64,000 nt of DNA from Clostridia bacterium (GTDB lineage: Bacteria > Bacillota > Clostridia > Christensenellales > UBA3700): assembly GCA_029060025.1 (NCBI GenBank), contig JAIDUV010000026.1, positions 29,260 through 93,259 on the forward strand, given 5' to 3'. The position numbers were made by a program, and so were the translations under genes. The notes beneath the pieces were generated by a model. The model was not told where the DNA came from, searched no databases, and worked only from the letters and a program-made list of their open reading frames with translations. Below, piece after piece: positions 18,401 to 25,797 of this stretch; the first letter of the stretch is position 1, and each line of letters begins with the position of its first letter.

Positions 18401-20370
18401 CTTTGCGTAACATTGTCAAGCATATCGGTATTCGTCCAACCTTTAAATTCATAGGTGAACTTGTCGTTAGACTCACGTGTAGGCGTATCTCCAACATAAG
18501 TCGACTTTCCTCCGCTCTCTACGCTGTCGGTATAGAGCAACGTCCCATCCCAGTTTACATACTGCACGGTATATGTATTTGCAATCTTGTCAAATACAGC
18601 GTTTATATCAACATCTTCTACGATATTGTCAAAATCTTTATCCCAACATACAAATTCGTAAGTGAAACCGTCATTCAAAACCTTGACAGGCTGCGACGGA
18701 GCCTCTACGCTTGAGCCGTAAAGCGCGCTTACCGACTTGATACAGGTATCGTCGACAAAGAACTTGACTGTATAACTTCTCACGATTTGCTTATATTCGG
18801 CGGTTATCACAGTATTTGAAGTTATATTGTTAAAAGTACCGTCCCAACTTATAAATTCATATTCATATTGAGCCGTCGAAGCCTTAGCAACGTCAGTAGG
18901 CACAAGATTGGAATTGGTCAAATCAGAGCCGTATTCTATATTTGGGAAAACAGACTTTTTGCCGTCACCGTAATTAAACGTAACGGTAAAAGTCTTGATT
19001 TGCTGTTTGAATTTTGCCTGCACCGTCATATTGCGAGTAATCGCGCTCAGTTTATCTTCGTCTGTCCATCCGTCAAATATATAATCATACTTATCGTTGG
19101 ATTGACGGCTAGGAGTATCGCCGTCATAAATCGACGGCTCTCCGCTTTCTACTTTTTCACTGAAAAGCAAACTTCCGTCCCAATTTACGTAATCTACGGT
19201 ATAGGTGTGCGACACCTTTTTAAAACTTGCGTGCACGTCAAGATTAGATACGATATTGCCAAACGCCACGTCCCATCCAATAAATTCATAAGTGAATCCG
19301 TCTTCTAGATCTTTGATTGGCTGAGAGGGCGGCTCAACGCTTGAGCCGTAAGCCACGTTAACGTACTTGATACATTTGTTATCTACAAAAAATCTTACGT
19401 CATACATTCTGATTTGCTCAATGTATTTTGCATTGACAACGGTATTTTCTTTAATATTTTCAAAAGAATTATCCCATTTTGAAAAAGTATAAGTATATTG
19501 CGCAGTGCTTGGCTTGACGACTTCCGATGCGCTCGGAGCAATTGCGTCAGCACCGTATTCCACTTTGCGAGTCACGCTTTTGTTGTTGCCGAAATTAAAC
19601 GTTACGTCAAATTTTTTAATATTTTCTTGGAATTTTGCGTGAACGTCTGTATCTTGAGTAATATTATTGAAATTTCCTTCCCAACCGGCAAATACGTAAT
19701 CATATTTTTCAGTAGACGGTTTTTGAGGTTTTGCAAGAAGATTAGCGTCAGCGTCTTCGCCGTATCTAACGTGGTCTGTATAGATCAACTCGCCGTCAAC
19801 GTAATAATTAAACTCAAAAAATCTATACTCGCTCGTATATATGGGCGTCGCAAGAAAATATCCTTGAGTCAAATCGTCGGTATTGCAATCCCATTTGTCA
19901 AAAGTATATGTATATTTCTCGTCGTCGGGGCGCTTTGACGGACGCAAACTTGCGATATCTTTTGCAAGTTGGTCGTCTGTGCGCTCGTAATCTTTTTCAA
20001 GCAAAATACCACCGTTGTAATCGCGGAATGATACGGTAATTTTATTGACTATCTCTACCCAATAGGCGTATACGCTGATATTCTTATTGTCTTTGGCAAT
20101 CTCTTCTACGTTGGCGCTTGCAACTTCTTGCGTCCAAGTTCCCTTGTCAAGATACCAGCCTTTGAAGACATATCCATCTCTAGTCGGTTGACTTGCCAAA
20201 ATTTCTTTTGCCTGCTCAATGCCTATCGTCGTGGCATACTGCTCTTCGTCACTTACGAAAGTCAACGACAACTCCTTTTCTTTTACGCTACAGGCAACAA
20301 AAATACTCAATGTCATTGCGACAAGCATTACCGCCAATATCAATTTACTCCACTTTCTCATACTTTCCAC
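15499..20370 (-). CDS. 1623-aa cell-surface lipoprotein: about 14 Listeria/Bacteroides-type (InlB B-repeat, Flg_new) modules plus a C-terminal BspA-type leucine-rich-repeat region
   Basis: Lipobox (LSIFVACS). Recurrent roughly 70-aa modules with Y(T/D)Y(T/E)F.GWD (e.g. KYTYTFDKWD, KYDYVFAGWEG, FTYEFIGWD). From about aa 1038 there are repeats such as IPNTISKIETFAFSG, IPDTISKVGNYAFSG, IPANVSKIGSLAFIG and IPTTVTSIEENAFQGC, typical of LRR_5/BspA. Confidence 0.85.
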   Translation of the reverse strand: MESMRKWSKLILAVMLVAMTLSIFVACSVKEKELSLTFVSDEEQYATTIGIEQAKEILASQPTRDGYVFKGWYLDKGTWTQEVASANVEEIAKDNKNISVYAYWVEIVNKITVSFRDYNGGILLEKDYERTDDQLAKDIASLRPSKRPDDEKYTYTFDKWDCNTDDLTQGYFLATPIYTSEYRFFEFNYYVDGELIYTDHVRYGEDADANLLAKPQKPSTEKYDYVFAGWEGNFNNITQDTDVHAKFQENIKKFDVTFNFGNNKSVTRKVEYGADAIAPSASEVVKPSTAQYTYTFSKWDNSFENIKENTVVNAKYIEQIRMYDVRFFVDNKCIKYVNVAYGSSVEPPSQPIKDLEDGFTYEFIGWDVAFGNIVSNLDVHASFKKVSHTYTVDYVNWDGSLLFSEKVESGEPSIYDGDTPSRQSNDKYDYIFDGWTDEDKLSAITRNMTVQAKFKQQIKTFTVTFNYGDGKKSVFPNIEYGSDLTNSNLVPTDVAKASTAQYEYEFISWDGTFNNITSNTVITAEYKQIVRSYTVKFFVDDTCIKSVSALYGSSVEAPSQPVKVLNDGFTYEFVCWDKDFDNIVEDVDINAVFDKIANTYTVQYVNWDGTLLYTDSVESGGKSTYVGDTPTRESNDKFTYEFKGWTNTDMLDNVTQSFAAQAEFEEVVRTYTVTFNYGHGSQKVLEGIPYGTNLTGSTEIPTDTDKESTKQYDFTFIDWDKYFGYVSTDMEINAIYKETIRKYIVTFINNGSAVKTQEVEYGKCPVTPTEMIFKNDTVQWKYTFLGWEVAENDIVDNADDFVGVDPNESAVEDAITYTAIYLRNIQRYTVKFFNEEDKKSLIGEITVDYGTNVIESSLAPVPAKESTPKFDYTFSSWSRDLTFIDANIEVYANYDANIRSYKVIFMNGEDVFEEFTVEYGSASPKPEIDPTKQSTVQYDFIFIGWDGLMSYVEGETIVTANYRNDLRYYKVTYFNLATYELISTVEMGYGSSINITISRDGYDFDSWYRDPNCNTVFDMQNDFVDGTMMLFGNTVMQGLIFNDNNEIVGYEGTQPNLVIPIAANGKKVTTIKEEAFKDNAVIGSVYIPNTISKIETFAFSGLNLTESGGIYVQSDKSMTGAPSGWALRWNWNGTWSDGSGNRPVTYGVDGIYTVGDFQYILIANGNIAIVDKFINNTTAKAYISDQFDHSKAYFTSVVETDEKTGIQRDVYTIEYTTNTYSITQVAVSAFEGCSNVATIFIPDTISKVGNYAFSGVTANIYIQRKKPAVGEVPSGWGLYWNSNRSGQDGTRTLYWGVIDMDRVGVFSYIFMADGTAIAVEYNGSTSVTSVDVPGSVVFGDVTYTVTELGDELLANMAVLNTVTLNEGLKKINSKVFYMDIMLSSVTLPSTLEEIGTQAFVACMSLKEIYIPANVSKIGSLAFIGIDNLTIYCGAKKTLVGTAPTGYALGWNTKIGFSDLGDLDMSNILGSIGTILGKFTQTHETIWNVAALYTDTAKETGRETKFKYVLFNDNTAKVISSSNTILNVESYTIPETISYNDTTYTVTAIGAGAFAGNTAIKNLIIPTTVTSIEENAFQGCTKLIIKTAHTSKPSGWNNNFNPDGRPVEYSYGLSAEVEATEEVA
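18136..19623 (-). repeat. 210-aa (630-nt) three-module super-repeat, about 2.4 tandem copies inside the surface-protein gene
   Basis: Landmarks recur with a period of 210 aa: YGSSVE at aa 341 and 551; (F/Y)(D/T)VTFN(F/Y)G at aa 254, 461 and 671; TY TV.YVNWDG at aa 389 and 599. Confidence 0.8.
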
Positions 20371-20619
20371 TTCCTTCCCAGAAAATCTTGCACGCGCGCG
20401 ACTTAATACGCGTAATTATGATTATAACAATATTCTACTTTATTTTACACCAATAAATTTTATTTGGAAATATCACAAAATATTTAATTTAATAATTTTT
20501 TAATTTTTTGTATCGGAATTTTATAATGATGTAATTATATAATTGTAGATTATTAACAATCGTTAAATTTTTGACAAACGCTTCTCGATTTAAACGAGTT
20601 ATACTGACAATACTTTTCT

Positions 20620-20687
20620 GTCACCCTGAGCGTAGCCGAAGGGTCTATTTTGTATATTTAGATTTCTCGACTTCGCTCGAAATGACA
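20620..20687. repeat. short hairpin repeat modules (family B), two modules
   Basis: gtcaccctgagcgtagccgaagggtct (20620-20646; ACCCT/AGGGT stem) and agatttctcgacttcgctcgaaatgaca (20660-20687; ATTTC/GAAAT stem). Related modules lie at 23770, 27319 and 44072-44144. Confidence 0.6.
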
Positions 20688-20705
20688 TATGACTTCGAGC
20701 CAATA

Positions 20706-20867
20706 GTTTGACGAAAAGATAGATAGGCAAAAAGTAAAATAGCGGTTTTTTTGTCAAGATTGTCTTTGGCGAGCGTCGTCGTACTTGCTGTACGTCGGCG
20801 TGAGCCAAAGGCCAGATTGGCGAAAAAGACGCATTTTAAATTTGCCTAGCCTATCTTAGAGTCAAAC
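20706..20867. repeat. family A fold-back intergenic repeat, copy 1 (162 nt)
   Basis: Long imperfect palindrome: gtttgac..gataggcaaa..ttgtcaagat..ctttggcgagcgtcgtcgtac / gtacgtcggcgtgagccaaagg..attggcgaaaaag..tttgcctagcct..gtcaaac. A 37-nt stretch differs from copy 2 at one position. Confidence 0.8.
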
Positions 20868-21056
20868 TTCATTCAACTTCTTGACAAGTTCGTCCACGTC
20901 TACGCCGTGCACCATAGCGGCTTCTTCAATAGTTTCGCCTCTCGCCATTGCGCAACCGAAACAATGCATACCTATACTCAAGAGAGTCTCTGCAATAGCC
21001 TCGCTGTTTTCTTGTTGCAACGCTTCTGCGATCAGCATATCTTTTGTTATTGCCAT
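20862..21056 (-). CDS. DUF1858 / hybrid-cluster-protein-associated redox disulfide domain protein
   Basis: 64 aa. ITKDMLIAEAL..GMHCFGCAMARGETIEEAAMVHGVDVDELVKKLN matches the DUF1858 pattern (GMHCxGC). Confidence 0.75.
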   Translation of the reverse strand: MAITKDMLIAEALQQENSEAIAETLLSIGMHCFGCAMARGETIEEAAMVHGVDVDELVKKLNEV

Positions 21057-21120
21057 AAATGCGCCTCCAAATTATTTAATAAATATATTATATATTATTA
21101 TAGCCCTGTTGGCTATCGTT

Positions 21121-22209
21121 TTAAACAAAATATTTGACAAATAGCCATATCAACACACCTGCGACTGCAAGTACCGACAATGCGATAGCGCCGATTTTGA
21201 CACTCGACTTGGGATATTTTCCAACGACTCTGCCAGACCTACCGTTGACGATACACTCAAAGTTCTTCTTGGCATAATGATAATTGAATATCCACACCGG
21301 CACAAGCACGTATTTGTAAGTTCTGTCAGAATATGTACAGTTCATATTGACGTAATCAACTACGTCGGCGCGATATCTCGACACTATTTGTTGGCGCAAC
21401 GACGCCTTGATCAAACTCTTGGCTTCGCTCCAACTCTCGTCCAAACTTTTGTCATACCGCTCGGCACTGTAACCGCTGATAAACTGCTGATGATATTCAA
21501 GAGAATTATCGGTGTCAAATCCTCCAAGTTTTCTGAGATTTTTTTGCGTGATAGATTTGCTTGCTTCCACCTGCAAATCATTAAAAAAATCATTGACGTG
21601 ACCGCTTGCGGTATACCATCTCGTCCTTGTCTCAGTTCGTCTATTCTTTCCGCTTCCCACAGTGACGGTATAATGCTGACCGTATCTTATAGTATAATCG
21701 CAATCTGCCGTCGAATCAAACGTAAAAAGCGGCACGTAAACGCCCCTTGCAGGTTGACGCTTCGCCTCTTTTTTGAGTTTGTTGGGCGCAAGTTTTTTGC
21801 TCTTGAGCCAATTCTCATATACGATAGGCACGTGCTCTTTAGTTATTTTAAACGGCAATATACCGTTGGGCTGAAGTCCGTCTATCTCATCCGTATCTAC
21901 GATGTTGCTTGCATTGCAAAAAGGACAACTCGACACCACTTCGTAATCCGGCAAGACGGATATTGCTCCGCAAGACTTACACTTGACGCTCTTGACTCCG
22001 CCCCACTTGACAAAGCCTTGCTCAACGCCTTCATTGTAGGGCAATTCCTGAGCCAATCCCACTTCTTCGGTATCGACAGTGGTATTGCAGTAATCGCATT
22101 TCATTTTTTTGCTTTCCGGATCATAATACAAAAAATTGCCGCATCCGGGGCATTTAAATATCTGACTATTTAAAGACTCATCTTGAGTCTGCACATTATC
22201 TTGTTGCAT
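21121..22209 (-). CDS. zinc-ribbon protein with C-terminal membrane anchor (YdjG-like?)
   Basis: CPGCGNFLYYDPESKKMKCDYCN and CKSCGA..SCPFCN ribbons at the N-terminus. C-terminal TM helix IGAIALSVLAVAGVLIWLFV. Adjacent to a YdjI-like SPFH gene, as in the B. subtilis pspA-ydjGHI locus (from memory). Confidence 0.5.
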   Translation of the reverse strand: MQQDNVQTQDESLNSQIFKCPGCGNFLYYDPESKKMKCDYCNTTVDTEEVGLAQELPYNEGVEQGFVKWGGVKSVKCKSCGAISVLPDYEVVSSCPFCNASNIVDTDEIDGLQPNGILPFKITKEHVPIVYENWLKSKKLAPNKLKKEAKRQPARGVYVPLFTFDSTADCDYTIRYGQHYTVTVGSGKNRRTETRTRWYTASGHVNDFFNDLQVEASKSITQKNLRKLGGFDTDNSLEYHQQFISGYSAERYDKSLDESWSEAKSLIKASLRQQIVSRYRADVVDYVNMNCTYSDRTYKYVLVPVWIFNYHYAKKNFECIVNGRSGRVVGKYPKSSVKIGAIALSVLAVAGVLIWLFVKYFV

Positions 22210-22287
22210 ACATTCCCTTTATAATCAGTTGAGATTGCCATAAATCAATTCACTTCCGTCTCTCAACTTTTAAACTTATTTCTTAAT

Positions 22288-22425
22288 AAAGTAGCAATGT
22301 CAAAAATAAAATAATAGTTTTTGTCAAAATGGCTTTGGCGAAAGTCTTCATACTTGCCGTACGTCTACTTAAGCCAAATGCCGAATTGACAAACGGATAT
22401 ATTTTAGATTTGTTTATCCTACTTT
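22288..22425. repeat. family A fold-back repeat, copy 4 (diverged, about 138 nt)
   Basis: Aligns with copies 1-3 through tttttgtcaaaatggctttggcgaaagtcttcatacttgccgtacgtctacttaagccaaatgccgaattgacaaacgg..attttagatttg. Its own outer stem is aaagtag (22288-22294) / ctacttt (22419-22425). Confidence 0.65.
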
Positions 22426-23570
22426 TGAAGCGTTCCGCAATCGGGACAGAACTTTTGTCCTGCCTTGAGTATCTTGCCGCACTCTTTGCATCTTATCTCG
22501 TCAACTCTTGCTCCGCACTCTGGACAGAATTTGACTTTTTCTCCCACTTCTATTCCGCAAGACGGACAGATTTTCTTGGGCGGGGTCATATTGTTGCCGC
22601 ACTCTGGACAGAACTTGCTGTTGCTCGGTACACTGGCGTGACACTTAGGGCACACCACGGAATCGTTATACTGCACCTTCTCCTCGACTTGTTTTTCCGC
22701 CGGCGCATTAGATACCGAAGACATAGTGTCAACAAACATCTTACCCATACTCAAGCCTGCGCCCATACCGACGCCCATTCCGCTCATACCGCCCGGATTT
22801 TTGGCAGCGCTCTTCATTGCCTCAATGCTCTCCATTTGAGTATATTCTCTCATTGCGCCTTTCATTACGCCGACATTGGTACGCTTGTCGAGCATTTTTT
22901 CCACGTCTTCCGGCAACGACAGATTCTCAATCACAAGAGACTTTATCTCAATACCTATTTTGTCAAATTCGTCGGCAAGTTTTGCTTTTGCCATTTCTGC
23001 CAAATCGTCATAGTGCATTGCCAAATCCAATGCGGGGATATTCGACTCGGCAATTACGTTGGACAGCGTAGAAGTAATAATCTTCTTAAAATACTCGTCG
23101 ACGTTGCGCACGGTAAAACTGCTCATAGAACCTATGAGTTCTCTCAAAGCGTTGGTAGGCGTGCCTACGGCAAACGAGTATACGCCAAAGCCTCTCACTC
23201 TCACTACGCCGTAATCTTGGTCTCTCATCATTATGGGATTGGACGTACCCCACTTCATATTCAAGAATTGCTTTGTAGAAATGAAGTATACGTCACCGGT
23301 ATAAGGACTTTCCCAAAGAGTCTTCCAATTATACAGTTGAGTCAACAACGGAAAATTGCGAATATCGTTGAGTTGATAAGTACCCGGTCCGAATACGTCG
23401 GCAAGTTTACCCTCTTGAATAAAAAGAGCCTTCTGTCCCTCTCTTACCACAAGAGTAGACTTGCGCATTATCTCTTCTTTTCTCTCCAGCGGGTATTTGT
23501 ATATAATGTCGTTGACATTATCACTCTCCCACTGAATTACCTTTCTAAATTGATTTTTTAAAAATCCCAT
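22419..23570 (-). CDS. SPFH/band-7 'virion core protein'-type protein, YdjI-like, with three C-terminal zinc ribbons
   Basis: The N-terminus MGFLKNQFRKVIQWESDNVNDIIYKYP..VVREGQKALFIQEGK closely parallels B. subtilis YdjI as I recall it. The C-terminus has CPKCHA..CPECG, CPSCG..CPECG and CKECG..CPDCG. Confidence 0.8.
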   Translation of the reverse strand: MGFLKNQFRKVIQWESDNVNDIIYKYPLERKEEIMRKSTLVVREGQKALFIQEGKLADVFGPGTYQLNDIRNFPLLTQLYNWKTLWESPYTGDVYFISTKQFLNMKWGTSNPIMMRDQDYGVVRVRGFGVYSFAVGTPTNALRELIGSMSSFTVRNVDEYFKKIITSTLSNVIAESNIPALDLAMHYDDLAEMAKAKLADEFDKIGIEIKSLVIENLSLPEDVEKMLDKRTNVGVMKGAMREYTQMESIEAMKSAAKNPGGMSGMGVGMGAGLSMGKMFVDTMSSVSNAPAEKQVEEKVQYNDSVVCPKCHASVPSNSKFCPECGNNMTPPKKICPSCGIEVGEKVKFCPECGARVDEIRCKECGKILKAGQKFCPDCGTLQK

Positions 23571-23769
23571 TTTTATCTCCTTTTTACGCGATTTGGCGCT
23601 AACGACATAAGTCTATACGAATCATATTTAGGAGCGCACCGCGTTTTCTTATATATTATATTTTAATATCATTATTCATTATATGTCAAGAGCCAATTAT
23701 TGTAGATTTTACAAAAAATTTCGTGATTATACTAAATAATAAAATCTTCGACCTTGCTGCAATTATACC

Positions 23770-23797
23770 GTCATTTCGATCGCAGAGAAGAAATCTA
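23770..23797. repeat. family B short hairpin module (inverted orientation)
   Basis: gtcatttcgatcgcagagaagaaatcta is the reverse-complement form of the agatttct...gaaatgac module. Confidence 0.5.
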
Positions 23798-23844
23798 TTG
23801 TCGTATTAAGTCATATCCCTAACGTATTCGACATAAAATCTTGT

Positions 23845-25269
23845 ATGAAAAAGAAGATAATATCCATTATAAGTATCGCAATCATAGTATGCTCTTTGTT
23901 TGTCGTCGCGGTGTCTTGCAATAAAATTACAGAGCCTGTAACGACGTATAACATCTGGCTCGATATATCAGATGACAATACCGTGGTATGCTCGCAAAAA
24001 GTCGACGTCGTAAACAACTACGGCGCGCCAATAGAGGAATTAAAGTTCAACGTATACTCTAATGCCTTTGACAAGCAAAAGCCGTTGCCTTGCACGCAGG
24101 AAGAACAGAGCGATTTTTATCCCGAGGATATAAGTTACGGCGAGTTTTCGCTCAAGAGCGTATACGGAGACATCAAAGAATACGACTTTGATTTTGAAAG
24201 CAATATACTATCCATTCCACTCAACGCCCCTCTTCAAGTCAACGAAAAAATCAGCGTAGATATGCAATATACGTTGACTCTTCCGCACACCAACGGTAGG
24301 TACGGATTCAATGAAAAAGGTATATCCTTGACAGGCTTTTATCCTATGCTGTGCGCATTCGTAGACGGAGAGTGGTTTTACGACAACTATTCCCCCATCG
24401 GCGATCCATACTTCTCCGACGTAGCAAATTACGAGGTGACTTTCAATCTTCCAAGCGGCTGGGAGTACGTGTCAAGCGGCAAGAGCAAACAAGGCGAAGA
24501 AAACGGCGAGACGATTGTGACTGCGAGCGCAAAAAATATACGTGATTTTGCCTTGATACTTTCCCCAACTCTTACCAAAAGCACAAGCAAATACGACGGC
24601 GTAGAGATAAGTTATCTCGGCGAAAAAACAGACACGCTTGCTTACGCGCAAAAAGCGCTGGAAATATACGGCGCTATTTTTGGCAAATACGCTTATGATA
24701 CACTCGCTATTGCAGATATGCCATTCGTTGCAGGCGGTATGGAATACGGCGCATTGTGCGTCATCAACGCTTCGTTAGGCGGCGCGACTTACGAAGAAGT
24801 CGTAGCGCACGAAATTGCACACCAATGGTGGTACGGCGCAGTGGGTAGCAATAACCTTATAGACGCTTGGCAAGACGAAGGTCTGACGAGTTATGCTACG
24901 TATCTCTATTTCGTGAGCACTGGCAATGTGGACTACTCTTCACTTATGCTGTCCGACGCATACTCTCAATTCCATAGATTTATTGATATTCAAAACTCCG
25001 TCGGAGAATCTGCAAAAGGCGTACTTGGCGGAAAGTTGACAGACTTCCCAAGCAATTATTATTACACCAATATCACCTATAATAAGTCTTTGATTATGTG
25101 GAAATACTTGCAAGATATGTTGGGAAAAGACGCGTTGCTCAAAGCCTTGCAAGAATACTATTCAACTTATAAATTCTCAATTGCCACGCCTGACGGTCTA
25201 TACTCCTGCTTAGACAACGCATCTGCGAACGCAAGCGCGCTTATGAAAAATTGGGTGGCAAATATTTAA
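23845..25269 (+). CDS. M1 family zinc metallopeptidase, lipoprotein
   Basis: Gluzincin motif VAHEIAHQWWYG..(18)..WQDEGLTSY. Signal peptide with a lipobox-like VAVSC. Confidence 0.85.
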   Translation: MKKKIISIISIAIIVCSLFVVAVSCNKITEPVTTYNIWLDISDDNTVVCSQKVDVVNNYGAPIEELKFNVYSNAFDKQKPLPCTQEEQSDFYPEDISYGEFSLKSVYGDIKEYDFDFESNILSIPLNAPLQVNEKISVDMQYTLTLPHTNGRYGFNEKGISLTGFYPMLCAFVDGEWFYDNYSPIGDPYFSDVANYEVTFNLPSGWEYVSSGKSKQGEENGETIVTASAKNIRDFALILSPTLTKSTSKYDGVEISYLGEKTDTLAYAQKALEIYGAIFGKYAYDTLAIADMPFVAGGMEYGALCVINASLGGATYEEVVAHEIAHQWWYGAVGSNNLIDAWQDEGLTSYATYLYFVSTGNVDYSSLMLSDAYSQFHRFIDIQNSVGESAKGVLGGKLTDFPSNYYYTNITYNKSLIMWKYLQDMLGKDALLKALQEYYSTYKFSIATPDGLYSCLDNASANASALMKNWVANI

Positions 25270-25374
25270 TCGGCTTTTGCCATAAAATGCCAAAAATATT
25301 GGCGTATACTTCTCGTATTAGTGTACACAATACTAATGTAATCGCTTGACGGTTACAAAAAACAGGAGGAGATT

Positions 25375-25494
25375 ATGGCAAGAAATTCACAACAAAGCAG
25401 TGGTACAAACTCTCAAAAGAGCAAGTCTACTAGCGCCAAAAAGTCTCAAACAAAGAGTTGCTCTAATTGCGGTTGTTCTTATAAAGAACAGTAA
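25375..25494 (+). CDS. 39-aa hydrophilic peptide with a CxxCxC tail (not in the ORF track)
   Basis: ATG 25375 is preceded by AGGAGGAG (4 nt spacer). Translation: MARNSQQSSGTNSQKSKSTSAKKSQTKSCSNCGCSYKEQ*. Hairpins follow. Confidence 0.5.
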   Translation: MARNSQQSSGTNSQKSKSTSAKKSQTKSCSNCGCSYKEQ

Positions 25495-25605
25495 TGACCG
25501 CTTTAGAGCGTTGGCGTAGGCGTATGTATTAACTTACCTCGCCAAGGCGAACAAAGGGTATTTTAAATACTAAAATAAATATCCTTTGTCCGCCAAAAAT
25601 GCAAA

Positions 25606-25631
25606 AAGGTCACGGAGAAATCCGCGACCTT
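25606..25631 (+). terminator. hairpin downstream of the 39-aa ORF
   Basis: aaggtcacgg (25606-25615) pairs with ccgcgacctt (25622-25631), one mismatch. Followed by tct. Confidence 0.45.
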
Positions 25632-25720
25632 TCTGTGTAGCAAATCATTTGCCCTTAAATTCGCCACAAGTATACACTAACTCCAAAGGAGGAGTTGACC
25701 ATATTAAATCAAGTAGTTTT

Positions 25721-25759
25721 CTTCTTGATAGATTTATTATACAAGAAGTTATCTTCTTG
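25721..25759. promoter_or_regulatory. operator-like repeats upstream of the XRE gene
   Basis: cttcttg (25721-25727), caagaag (25742-25748), cttcttg (25753-25759): one perfect 7-bp inverted repeat plus a third half-site, 40-75 nt upstream of the XRE ATG. Confidence 0.3.
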
Positions 25760-25797
25760 CGTCAAGCATATCGCATAAAATATTTTATAATTGTATT

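Noticed and set aside
20731-20757. Outward-facing promoter inside the family A repeats (conserved minus-strand TTGACA)
   Set aside because: The hexamer is conserved in all full copies, but the only TAnnnT-type -10 candidates lie at a 15-nt spacing, which is too short for a good sigma-A promoter. I kept it only as a remark inside the main finding.
20599-20808. 69-aa minus-strand ORF
   Set aside because: It is composed entirely of family B and family A repeat sequence and has no RBS. This is a repeat-derived spurious ORF.
20706-20867. Family A repeats as integron attC sites
   Set aside because: The ends (GTTTGAC...GTCAAAC) superficially recall the attC core and inverse-core sites. However, they are in the wrong order for RYYYAAC...GTTRRRY, they do not fit the consensus, and no integrase is present. 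The flanking genes are core housekeeping genes (pyr operon, gpmI), not cassettes.
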